A stretch of DNA of 21,292 bases from an uncultured virus (IMG/VR IMGVR_UViG_2740892251_000001) (lineage: Duplodnaviria > Heunggongvirae > Uroviricota > Caudoviricetes): the IMG/VR virus record IMGVR_UViG_2740892251_000001. The stretch is one strand, 5' to 3'. Below, in pieces: positions 8,551 to 16,562 of this stretch; the stretch's first letter is position 1; the number at the start of each line of letters is the position of its first letter. The translations under genes and the position numbers were made by a program. The notes beneath the pieces were generated by a model. It was given only the letters and a program-made list of their open reading frames with translations, did no database searches and was not told the DNA's origin.

Positions 8551-8993
8551 ATGAACTGAAACCCTTTGATGATGCACTGGCCGGGCTGATTGCCAGTCTG
8601 ACACCCAAAACCCGCAAAGCACTGGCGGTGACAGTTGCCAAACGCCTGCGGGCCAGCCAGCAACAACGCATTAAACGCCAGCAAGCGCCTGATGGCTCCC
8701 TGTATGCGGCGCGTAAATCTCAACCATTGCGTAAGCCAAAAGGCCGCATTAAACGGGAAATGTTCGCCAAGTTGCGCACCGTCCGCTATATGAAAGCCAA
8801 CAGTAGCCCTGATGAGGCGGTGGTTGAGTTTGCCGGGCGCGTGGAACGGATGGCGGCAGTGCACCATTTTGGCCTGCGTGACCGTCCGAACGTGCACAGC
8901 AAAGATGTGCAGTATGACGAGCGGCCGTTGCTCGGTTTCAGTCAGCAAGATATAAAACTCATTGAATCCGAACTCTTGAATGGTCTGAATTAA
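8547..8993 (+). CDS. S: Tail completion / virion morphogenesis protein (P2 gpS)
   Basis: QQQRIKRQQAPDG, VHHFGL and RPLLGF motifs; ATGA overlap with R. Confidence 0.92.
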   Translation: MNELKPFDDALAGLIASLTPKTRKALAVTVAKRLRASQQQRIKRQQAPDGSLYAARKSQPLRKPKGRIKREMFAKLRTVRYMKANSSPDEAVVEFAGRVERMAAVHHFGLRDRPNVHSKDVQYDERPLLGFSQQDIKLIESELLNGLN

Positions 8994-9044
8994 ATTACTT
9001 ATTTTCTCATTGACAAAGATGATTTAAAAAGAGATAAAGCACTC

Positions 9045-9101
9045 AAGCTATGATGTTGGTCAGCTGAGAAATCAGTGAGAGGGTTCAATTCCCTCAAGCT
9101 T
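9045..9101 (+). ncRNA. Candidate tRNA-like small RNA (cloverleaf with a canonical T-arm)
   Basis: Four stems folded by hand; T-arm GAGGG-TTCAATT-CCCTC; TTGACA at 9010-9015 upstream. No anticodon loop or CCA. Confidence 0.4.
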
Positions 9102-9111
9102 CTGATTCGTG

Positions 9112-10011
9112 CTAGCTTGAAAACTTAACATCCTTTTTTAAGGTTTTTATTTTTAATTTCATATCATCGTCGACAACAACATAATCAAGGTTCTTGGCTC
9201 TACATAGTTCGCCTTCATCTAAATTAGTGACACTACGTAAGTTTGCTCTATTCATATTCGCAACATCAAAAATAGCACCATTCATGTCACAATTTTTAAA
9301 TATACAACTTTTAAATTCGCCACTTCTAAAACTTGCTTTTGTTAGATTGCAATTAATTAAAGTTACATTATGAAATTTAGCATGTGAAAATATTGCATTT
9401 CTCATATTACAATTATTAAAGGTGACGTTTTTTAATTTAGAGCCTATAAGACTTATAGCCTGCAGTTTTGTATTCACAAATTCAGAGTTGGTCATATATA
9501 TATCATTCAAAACTAAGCCGGTAAGATCGCTTTCTTTAAATTTAATATCTCTTATCTCTATATATTTGGCTTTTTCAGCATTAGAACTCATGTCATCACC
9601 TGTTCCGCTGATGTTCATCCTATGTACTGTTATTTCATAAATTTTCATTTCATTTAACCGTCTGAGAATACCTACCTTTTTTAAGTTTATTTCCAAACTA
9701 TTGTATTTTGATATGTCAATTAAGTTATTTAATAGATCTTTATTATTTTCATTGCGTTCTCTTCTTTTTTCAAAAAAAAATAGAATAATACCGAAAACAA
9801 AAAAATCAAAAGAAGACGCATTTAAATTAACAAGAAGGTCACTCCAGAATCCTTTATTATAAATCCCAATTTCTGTTTTTGGGAAAAACCATGTACTCAA
9901 CCACGGGAAGAATAATGACCATGTAACAATGATTATAAAGTATACAAAAAAAATAATAACTATATTTTTAAGTGGGTGAGCCCGTATTTTATCAAACCAA
10001 CGCTTAAACAT
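9112..10011 (-). CDS. Moron: membrane-anchored pentapeptide-repeat protein
   Basis: 299 aa, very AT-rich and opposite to the late operon. Two N-terminal hydrophobic segments, then about 21 consecutive 5-residue repeats (FKESD LTGLV LNDIY MTNSE FVNTK ... MNRAN LRSVT). Confidence 0.9.
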   Translation of the reverse strand: MFKRWFDKIRAHPLKNIVIIFFVYFIIIVTWSLFFPWLSTWFFPKTEIGIYNKGFWSDLLVNLNASSFDFFVFGIILFFFEKRRERNENNKDLLNNLIDISKYNSLEINLKKVGILRRLNEMKIYEITVHRMNISGTGDDMSSNAEKAKYIEIRDIKFKESDLTGLVLNDIYMTNSEFVNTKLQAISLIGSKLKNVTFNNCNMRNAIFSHAKFHNVTLINCNLTKASFRSGEFKSCIFKNCDMNGAIFDVANMNRANLRSVTNLDEGELCRAKNLDYVVVDDDMKLKIKTLKKDVKFSS

Positions 10012-10040
10012 AACATCTCAATATGCAGAAAATTTTTCAG

Positions 10041-10070
10041 AGTCTGACATGAAAATCCCAACAGATGCAA
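10041..10070 (-). promoter_or_regulatory. Candidate sigma70 promoter for the moron gene
   Basis: Minus strand TTGCAT (10070-10065), 18-nt spacer, TGnCAGACT extended -10 (hexamer at 10046-10041), about 30 nt upstream of the ATG. Confidence 0.4.
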
Positions 10071-10077
10071 AGAATGT

Positions 10078-10095
10078 TGTGCCAACACTCTTACA
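10078..10095 (+). promoter_or_regulatory. Ogr site of late promoter pV
   Basis: TGT-N12-ACA sharing GTTGTGCCA with the pP/pO site; candidate -10 CATCCT at 10130-10135. Confidence 0.85.
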
Positions 10096-10142
10096 AAATG
10101 AAGTTATTGATAACAAACAACCAAAAATACATCCTTTCCCCC

Positions 10143-10784
10143 ATGAACACTCAAACCCAACTTACTGAAATTCTGCGCCTGCTGCGCAACCTGATCCGTA
10201 TTGGTACGGTGGCCGAGGTCGATCTCGACAATGCCCTGTGCCGTGTGGCGACGGGAGACAATACCACCGGCTGGCTTAACTGGCTGACGCTGCGCGCCGG
10301 TCAATCGCGATCATGGTGGGCACCGTCTGGGGGTGAGCAGGTGTTGATATTATCCCTCGGCGGCGAACTGGACACAGCCTTTGTGCTGCCGGGCATTTTC
10401 TCTGATGACTTCCCGCCGCCGTCGGCCTCGGCGGATGGCCTGTATATCGCCTTTCCTGACGGTGCCACGTTGCACTATGAACCTGAGAGCGGCGAGTTGC
10501 AGGCTGATGGCATCAAAACGGCGGTTATCAATGCCAGTGAATCGATAAATGCCACTGCCCCCACTATCACCTGTGCCGCCTTGGTCAAAATCCTGCTGGA
10601 TACACCCGAAGTGGAATGCACAAACAACCTGACTACCGGCACTTTAAAAGTGAAGAAAGGCGGCACGATGAACGGCAACATTCAGCACTCTGGCGGGCAG
10701 TTTTCATCTAATGGCGTGGTTATCGATAAGCACGACCACGGCGGCGTCTTGCGTGGTGGGGATTATACGGAGGGAATTAAATGA
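10143..10784 (+). CDS. V: Baseplate spike protein (P2 gpV)
   Basis: LRNLIRIGTV, WWAPSGGEQV and the C-terminal metal-binding HxH motif (HDH). Start set at 10143 because the upstream in-frame extension overlaps the promoter. Confidence 0.94.
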   Translation: MNTQTQLTEILRLLRNLIRIGTVAEVDLDNALCRVATGDNTTGWLNWLTLRAGQSRSWWAPSGGEQVLILSLGGELDTAFVLPGIFSDDFPPPSASADGLYIAFPDGATLHYEPESGELQADGIKTAVINASESINATAPTITCAALVKILLDTPEVECTNNLTTGTLKVKKGGTMNGNIQHSGGQFSSNGVVIDKHDHGGVLRGGDYTEGIK

Positions 10785-11131
10785 CCACTGCCACCTATCT
10801 CGGCATGAGCCGCAACGCCGGGCAAACCATTACCGACGCTGACCACATCAGCCAGTCAATCGCCGACATTTTGATTACGCCAGTCGGTTCGCGGGTGATG
10901 CGCCGTGCCTATGGGTCGCTGCTATCCGAGCTGATTGACCAGCCACAAAATCCGGCCCTGCGCCTGCAAATTATGGCCGCCAGTTACAGTGCGATTTTGC
11001 GCTGGGAGCCGAGGGTCAAACTGACTGGTATCACCTTTGAAACCACTATTGACGGGAAAATGGTGGTTGATATCACCGGCACTCGCACCGATAGCGCGGC
11101 CCCCCTCTCTTTAACCATCCCTGTGAGCTAA
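10781..11131 (+). CDS. W: Baseplate wedge protein (P2 gpW, gp25-like)
   Basis: HISQSIADILITPVGSRVMRRAYGS and RWEPRV motifs. Confidence 0.94.
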   Translation: MTTATYLGMSRNAGQTITDADHISQSIADILITPVGSRVMRRAYGSLLSELIDQPQNPALRLQIMAASYSAILRWEPRVKLTGITFETTIDGKMVVDITGTRTDSAAPLSLTIPVS

Positions 11132-11135
11132 CCCT

Positions 11136-12044
11136 ATGGCAACCATTGACCTGAGCCTGTTACCGCCGCCGTTTGTGGTGGAAGAACTGGACTATGAAAC
11201 CCTGCTGGCCGAGCGTAAAGCCACGCTGATATCTCTTTACCCGGAAGAACAGCGCGCAGCCGTGGCCCGCACGTTGTCGCTGGAGTCGGAGCCGCTGGTC
11301 AAGTTGCTACAGGAAAACGCTTACCGCGAGGTGATATTACGCCAGCGTGTCAACGATGCGGCGCGCGCGGTGATGGTGGCCTATGCCGTCGGCAGTGATT
11401 TAGACCAGCTCGGCGCAAATAACAACGTTGAGCGGCTGGTGATCACCCCGGCAGACCCCACCGCTATTCCGCCGATTGAGGCCGTGATGGAATCTGACAG
11501 TGATTTCCGGGTGCGTATCCCGCAAGCCTTTGAGGGCTTGAGCGTCGCCGGGCCAACGGGTGCTTATGAATATCACGCCAAAAGCGCTGATGGCCGTGTG
11601 GCCGATGCCTCGGCAATCAGTCCGACCCCCGCCTGTGTCACGGTCACGGTGTTGTCGCGTGAGGGCAACGGCGAAGCCTCAGCCGAACTGCTGGCCGTGG
11701 TTGAGGCCGCGCTGAATGATGAGAACACGCGGCCAGTGGCTGACCGGGTGACGGTGCAATCCGCCCACATTGAAGATTATGAGATTGACGCGGTGCTCTA
11801 TCTGCATCCGGGGCCGGAGGCTGAACCGGTACGCATTGCGGCAGAGAAGAAACTGACCGCCTTTGTGACCGCACAGCGCCGCCTTGGTCGCGACATTCGT
11901 CTGTCGGCCCTCTATGCCGCGCTGCATGTTGAGGGCGTCCAGCGGGCGGTAATTAATGCCCCCCTGGCTGACGTGGTGCTGGATAAAACCCAAGCGGCTT
12001 GGTGCACCGGCAGCAGCATCACTGTCGGGGGTACGGATGACTGA
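11136..12044 (+). CDS. J: Baseplate J protein
   Basis: MATIDLSLLPPP start, LESEPLVKLL and SVAGPTGAYEYHA motifs. Confidence 0.95.
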   Translation: MATIDLSLLPPPFVVEELDYETLLAERKATLISLYPEEQRAAVARTLSLESEPLVKLLQENAYREVILRQRVNDAARAVMVAYAVGSDLDQLGANNNVERLVITPADPTAIPPIEAVMESDSDFRVRIPQAFEGLSVAGPTGAYEYHAKSADGRVADASAISPTPACVTVTVLSREGNGEASAELLAVVEAALNDENTRPVADRVTVQSAHIEDYEIDAVLYLHPGPEAEPVRIAAEKKLTAFVTAQRRLGRDIRLSALYAALHVEGVQRAVINAPLADVVLDKTQAAWCTGSSITVGGTDD

Positions 12045-12645
12045 CCGTTTATTGCCTGTTGGTTCTTCTGTGCTGGAAGTGGCCGCCGCGCGCGCCTGTG
12101 CCGAACTGGAGAATACCCCAGTACCCATTCGCCAGCTCTGGAACGCCGACACTTGCCCGCTGCCACTGTTGCCCTATCTGGCGTGGGCGTGGTCGGTTGA
12201 CCGCTGGGATGAGAAATGGACGGAAGCCACCAAGCGCGCGGTGGTGAAGTCCTCGCAGTACGTGCACAAACACAAGGGCACCATTGGCGCAATCCGTCGG
12301 GTGGTTGAGCCGCTCGGCTATCTCATCAAGGTGATTGAGTGGTGGAAGACCAACGAAACACCCGGCACCTTTCGACTCGATGTTGGGGTGTTGGAAACCG
12401 GCATTACCGAAGAGATGTATCAAGAGCTTGAGCGGCTGATAGACGACGCCAAGCCATGCAGCCGCCACTTAGTCGGCCTGTCTATCAATCTCGACAGTAG
12501 CGGCCCGCTGTATGTCGCCGCAGGTAGTTACAGCGGTGATGAGCTGACCGTATACCCGTATTTACCTGAAACCATAACCGTGACCGGCGAGGGTTACGCC
12601 AGTGCCGCAATCCACATTATCGATGACCTGAGAGTGAACCCATGA
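12037..12645 (+). CDS. I: Baseplate/tail protein I
   Basis: From ATG 12037 (MTDRLLP): CPLPLLPYLAWAWSVDRWD, HKHKGTIGA and AKPCSRHL motifs. Confidence 0.94.
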   Translation: MTDRLLPVGSSVLEVAAARACAELENTPVPIRQLWNADTCPLPLLPYLAWAWSVDRWDEKWTEATKRAVVKSSQYVHKHKGTIGAIRRVVEPLGYLIKVIEWWKTNETPGTFRLDVGVLETGITEEMYQELERLIDDAKPCSRHLVGLSINLDSSGPLYVAAGSYSGDELTVYPYLPETITVTGEGYASAAIHIIDDLRVNP

Positions 12646-14177
12646 CAGCGAGATTCTTTGCTTTACTGACCAACATCGGCGCGGCCAAGCTGGCGAACGC
12701 CACCGCGCTCGGCACCCGCTTAGAGATTACCCAAATGGCGGTCGGGGATGGCGGCGGAACCCTGCCGACCCCTAGCCCGGCACAAACCAAACTGGTGAAT
12801 GAGCAGCGCCGCGCCGCCCTTAACATGCTGACCATTGACCCGATTAACACCAGTCAGATTATTGCTGAACAGGTTATCCCTGAGACTGAGGGCGGGTGGT
12901 GGGTCCGGGAGATTGGCTTGCTGGATAAAGACGGTGATTTGGTTGCGATTGCCAACTGTGCCGAAACCTATAAACCGCAACTGCAAGAGGGCAGCGGTCG
13001 CACCCAAACCATTCGGGTAATTTTAATTGTCAGCAGCACGGCGGCGGTTACGTTGAAAATCGACCCGTCAGTGGTGCTGGCAACGCGTCAATACGTTGAT
13101 AAAAAAACTGATGATAAAGCGATTGAGGTTAAAGCCTACGCTGATGACCTGTTGGCGGCGCATGCAAAATCACGTAATCACCCAGATGCATCGTTAACCG
13201 CTAAAGGTTTTGCTCAGTACAGCAATGCCATTGACAGCGACAGCGAAAAGCAGGCCGCCACCTCAAAGGCAGTAAAAACGGTTACCGAAGCCGGTGTGAT
13301 GGCAATGAGCGACCACGTACAAACCGATAACCCCCATGACCAGTATTTACAGATTGCTAATCTGTTGTCTGAGATTAAAGAGCTGGGGCCGACCGCACTG
13401 GCTGAGACTCTCAGAAATATTGGCGCAGCGAGTTTATCTCAATTAACGGGAATTGTTGGAGCGTCCAGAAATGCAAAAATGAGTATTCCAGTAACTCATG
13501 CAACTGCCACTTTTACAGCAGATGAGTTGATTGTTCAAACTGCGCTGGGAGGACTGCAATACAAACTGAGCAGTTTCAGCAAGACGATTAACCTTGCAAC
13601 AACTGGCGCGGGCGGCATGGATACAGGCACTGTTCCCGTAACTGGATTCGTTGCACTGTATGCGATTTATAACCCGACAACACAAGCATCTGCATTGATG
13701 GCTGTTAACGCAACATCAGTATTGGCTCCAGAGATTTGCGGCGGGGTAATGCCACCTGGATACACTGCATCAGCACTTGTTAGCGTGTGGCGCATTGCGG
13801 CCAGTAAATTCATACCCGGTGAACAAGTCAACCGCTCAATATCGATTCAATCTACAACGGCGTTCACTATTACTGCCAGTACACCGGCCACAACCATTGC
13901 GTCTATATCGTCAATAGTTCCAGTGAACACGAAAAGAATATCAGGGATTGTAAACATTCTTATTGCTACCGCCGGTGGTGGTAACTATACAGAGTTTAAT
14001 CTATTCAGTAGCGCCAGCAGTGTTGGTCGTCAATCTGCGAGATACGGCGCGCCATCGATTGGTGACATGAATTGTAATTACTCCGTCGCTGTAAATGGTC
14101 AGAATGTTTATTATTCAACATTTAGTGCGAGCGGTTCATTAACAGCAAGCGCTTACATTTCAAAATATGAATTTTAG
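12642..14177 (+). CDS. H: Tail fibre protein (P2 gpH-type N-terminus, divergent C-terminal receptor-binding region)
   Basis: MAVGDGGG, EQVIPETEGGWWVREIG, IDPSVVLATR and HPDASL motifs; Ser/Thr/Ala-rich, AT-richer 3' half. Confidence 0.92.
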   Translation: MTARFFALLTNIGAAKLANATALGTRLEITQMAVGDGGGTLPTPSPAQTKLVNEQRRAALNMLTIDPINTSQIIAEQVIPETEGGWWVREIGLLDKDGDLVAIANCAETYKPQLQEGSGRTQTIRVILIVSSTAAVTLKIDPSVVLATRQYVDKKTDDKAIEVKAYADDLLAAHAKSRNHPDASLTAKGFAQYSNAIDSDSEKQAATSKAVKTVTEAGVMAMSDHVQTDNPHDQYLQIANLLSEIKELGPTALAETLRNIGAASLSQLTGIVGASRNAKMSIPVTHATATFTADELIVQTALGGLQYKLSSFSKTINLATTGAGGMDTGTVPVTGFVALYAIYNPTTQASALMAVNATSVLAPEICGGVMPPGYTASALVSVWRIAASKFIPGEQVNRSISIQSTTAFTITASTPATTIASISSIVPVNTKRISGIVNILIATAGGGNYTEFNLFSSASSVGRQSARYGAPSIGDMNCNYSVAVNGQNVYYSTFSASGSLTASAYISKYEF

Positions 14178-14185
14178 GAGCCGAG

Positions 14186-14356
14186 ATGATTTACGTAAAC
14201 TTTACAGATGAGACAAATACGGAAATTTCCGCTTCATTTGCTAGCCCACAATCACCGGAAGTTTATTTTTTTCTTGGTGAAGTAAAAGAAAGTGACCAGC
14301 GATATAGAGAATATTTGTCAAAGTTTAATATATCAAAAGCGCCGGATATCGAGTGA
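14186..14356 (+). CDS. 56-aa tail-fibre-associated protein (MIYVNFTDETNTEISASFASPQSPEVYFFLGEVKESDQRYREYLSKFNISKAPDIE)
   Basis: Translated by hand; below the ORF-track cutoff. Strong SD AGGAG at 14176-14180; fills the gap between H and the terminator. Confidence 0.8.
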   Translation: MIYVNFTDETNTEISASFASPQSPEVYFFLGEVKESDQRYREYLSKFNISKAPDIE

Positions 14357-14379
14357 CCATTAGCACTGAACAATAACCT

Positions 14380-14404
14380 GCCGGGCTTAACTGTCCGGTT
14401 TTTT
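14380..14404 (+). terminator. Intrinsic terminator of the V operon
   Basis: GCCGGGC-ttaact-GTCCGG hairpin followed by T6. Confidence 0.75.
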
Positions 14405-14408
14405 CCGT

Positions 14409-14426
14409 TGTACCAGCGACCACACA
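14409..14426 (+). promoter_or_regulatory. Ogr site of late promoter pF
   Basis: TGT-N12-ACA (GTTGTACCAGC...ACA); candidate -10 CATACT at 14464-14469. Confidence 0.85.
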
Positions 14427-14498
14427 TCCCCTATCAGATGCCCCCCGCGCGGTAAGCCGTCACCATACTCTCACCCTTAACCAACGGAGAGTTACCCC

Positions 14499-15668
14499 AT
14501 GGGTGATTACCATCACGGCGTCCGCGTTCTCGAAATCAACGAGGGGACGCGTGTCATTTCCACTATTTCCACCGCCATTGTCGGCATGGTCTGCACCAGT
14601 GACGATGCTGACGCAACCGCATTCCCTCTCAACACCCCGGTACTGATCACTGATGTGCGCGCCGCCGCCGGTAAAGCCGGTAAAAAAGGTACGCTGGCCG
14701 CGTCATTGCTGGCGATTGCCGAACAGTCGCGCCCGGTCACCATTGTGGTGCGAGTGGCTACCGGCAAAGATGAGGCTGAAACCACGTCTAATATTATTGG
14801 CGGTGCAGACGAGAACGGCCGCTACACCGGTATGAAAGCGCTGTTAGATGCGCAATCAGTCACCGGCGTGCGTCCGCGCATTCTTGGTGTGCCGGGGCTG
14901 GATAACCAACAAGTGTCTACTACGCTGGCGAGTATCTGCCAGCAGTTGCGCGCCTTTGGCTATATCAGCGCCTACGGTTGCAAAACCCTTTCCGAAGCTA
15001 TCTTGTACCGTAACAATTTCAGCCAACGCGAGTTGATGTTGATTTGGCCGGACTTCCTGAGCTGGAACACCACCGCCAACAGCACAGATATTGCTTATGC
15101 CACCGCCCGCGCCCTCGGTCTGCGCGCCAAGATTGATACCGATACCGGCTGGCATAAAACCCTGTCTAACGTCGGCGTAAATGGCGTAACCGGTATCTCT
15201 GCCAGCGTCTACTGGGATTTACAGACCGTTGGCACTGACGCTGACCTGCTCAATAAAGCCTGTGTTACCACCCTTGTGCGTAAAGACGGCTTCAAGTTTT
15301 GGGGTTCGCGTACCTGTTCTGACGACCCACTGTTTGCCTTTGAGAACTACACCCGCACCGCGCAGATTCTGGCCGACACCATGGCCGAGGCGCAGTTGTG
15401 GGCGATAGACCGCCCGATGCACCCGACGCTGGTCAAAGACATGATTGGCAGCATCAACGCCAAATTCCGCGAAATGAAATCCGCCGGACTGATTATTGAT
15501 GGCACCTGCTGGTATGACGACAGCGCCAACGATAAAGACACTCTGAAAGCGGGCAAGCTGTTTATCGATTACGACTACACCCCAGTGCCACCACTGGAAG
15601 ATTTAACCCTGCGCCAGCGTATCACCGATAAATATTTGGTGAACTTTGCCGCCGCCGTCAACAGCTAA
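14499..15668 (+). CDS. FI: Contractile tail sheath protein (P2 gpFI)
   Basis: YHHGVRV, PRILGVPG, GWHKTLSN, FWGSRT and YTPVPPLEDL motifs. Confidence 0.96.
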   Translation: MGDYHHGVRVLEINEGTRVISTISTAIVGMVCTSDDADATAFPLNTPVLITDVRAAAGKAGKKGTLAASLLAIAEQSRPVTIVVRVATGKDEAETTSNIIGGADENGRYTGMKALLDAQSVTGVRPRILGVPGLDNQQVSTTLASICQQLRAFGYISAYGCKTLSEAILYRNNFSQRELMLIWPDFLSWNTTANSTDIAYATARALGLRAKIDTDTGWHKTLSNVGVNGVTGISASVYWDLQTVGTDADLLNKACVTTLVRKDGFKFWGSRTCSDDPLFAFENYTRTAQILADTMAEAQLWAIDRPMHPTLVKDMIGSINAKFREMKSAGLIIDGTCWYDDSANDKDTLKAGKLFIDYDYTPVPPLEDLTLRQRITDKYLVNFAAAVNS

Positions 15669-15681
15669 GGAAAACTGACTT

Positions 15682-16197
15682 ATGGCACTGCCACGTAAGC
15701 TGAAATTGATGAACCTGTTTAACGATGGCCGGGATTACATGGGGATCGTCTCCGCCATCACCCTGCCAAAACTGACTCGCAAGCTGGAGAACTACCGGGG
15801 CGGCGGGATGAATGGCGTTGCGCCGATTGATTTGGGTCTGGATGACGATGCGCTATCCATGGAATGGTCGATGGGTGGTCTCGACGAGCTGGTGTTGCAG
15901 CAATGGGGAACGCCTAAAGTTGACGGGGTTCCGCTGCGCTTTGCGGGCGCTTATCAGCGTGACGATACCGGCGAAGTGACAGCGGTAGAGGTCGAAATCC
16001 GTGGCCGTCATAAAGAGATTGATGGCGGTGAATCCAAGCAAGGGGAAGACACTGAAACCAAGGTGTCCACTCAGTGCACCTACTACAAGCTGACCATTGA
16101 CGGCAAGGTGGTAATGGAAATTGACGTGGTTAACTTGATTGAAATTGTTAACGGCGTAGACCTGCTGGAAGCCCAACGCAAGGCCATTGGCCGCTAA
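15682..16197 (+). CDS. FII: Tail tube protein (P2 gpFII)
   Basis: MALPRKLK start, YRGGGM and YYKLTIDG motifs. Confidence 0.96.
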   Translation: MALPRKLKLMNLFNDGRDYMGIVSAITLPKLTRKLENYRGGGMNGVAPIDLGLDDDALSMEWSMGGLDELVLQQWGTPKVDGVPLRFAGAYQRDDTGEVTAVEVEIRGRHKEIDGGESKQGEDTETKVSTQCTYYKLTIDGKVVMEIDVVNLIEIVNGVDLLEAQRKAIGR

Positions 16198-16250
16198 CCC
16201 TTGACGGCCAGTGCTGACCCGCTGGCCTCTAACTGAATTGGAAAGAACAC

Positions 16251-16562
16251 ATGAAAAAACTCACTGTTAAAACTGAAGCCGTCGCCGAGGTTAACGAGAA
16301 TGTGGTGGTACTGGAAACTCCGCTAAAGCGTGGCGATACCCTGATTACTGAAATCGAAGTTTACCGCCCGAATGCCGGGGCGCTACGCGGGGTGCGGCTT
16401 TCCGATGTCGCTCATTCTGATGTGGATGCGCTGATTGTGGTGTTACCCCGCATTACGACACCGACACTGACCGCCGCAGAATGCAGCCGCTTAGAATTGC
16501 CGGATTTAGTGGCACTGGCGGGGAAGGTGATTGGTTTTTTGTCGCCGAAACAGGGGGCGTAA
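16251..16562 (+). CDS. E: Tail assembly chaperone (P2 gpE)
   Basis: PNAGALRGV, LPRIT and DLVALAGKVIGFL motifs. Confidence 0.92.
   Translation: MKKLTVKTEAVAEVNENVVVLETPLKRGDTLITEIEVYRPNAGALRGVRLSDVAHSDVDALIVVLPRITTPTLTAAECSRLELPDLVALAGKVIGFLSPKQGA

Noticed and set aside
9045..9101. Functional tRNA gene
   Set aside because: Too short, only a 5-bp acceptor-like stem, no 7-nt anticodon loop on a paired stem and no CCA. Kept only as a tRNA-like candidate.
9112..10011. qnr quinolone-resistance gene
   Set aside because: It has pentapeptide repeats, but Qnr proteins are soluble and about 215 aa. This one has TM segments and no Qnr-specific sequence that I recognise.
10065..10142. N-terminal extension of V given by the ORF track (similar over-long starts for O, holin, lysC and I)
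   Set aside because: The extensions overlap promoter elements or upstream genes. Family N-termini and SD or coupling positions support the downstream ATGs.
12642..14400. Invertible tail-fibre cassette or diversity-generating retroelement
   Set aside because: I saw no invertase, reverse transcriptase, inverted fibre copy or template/variable repeat pair.
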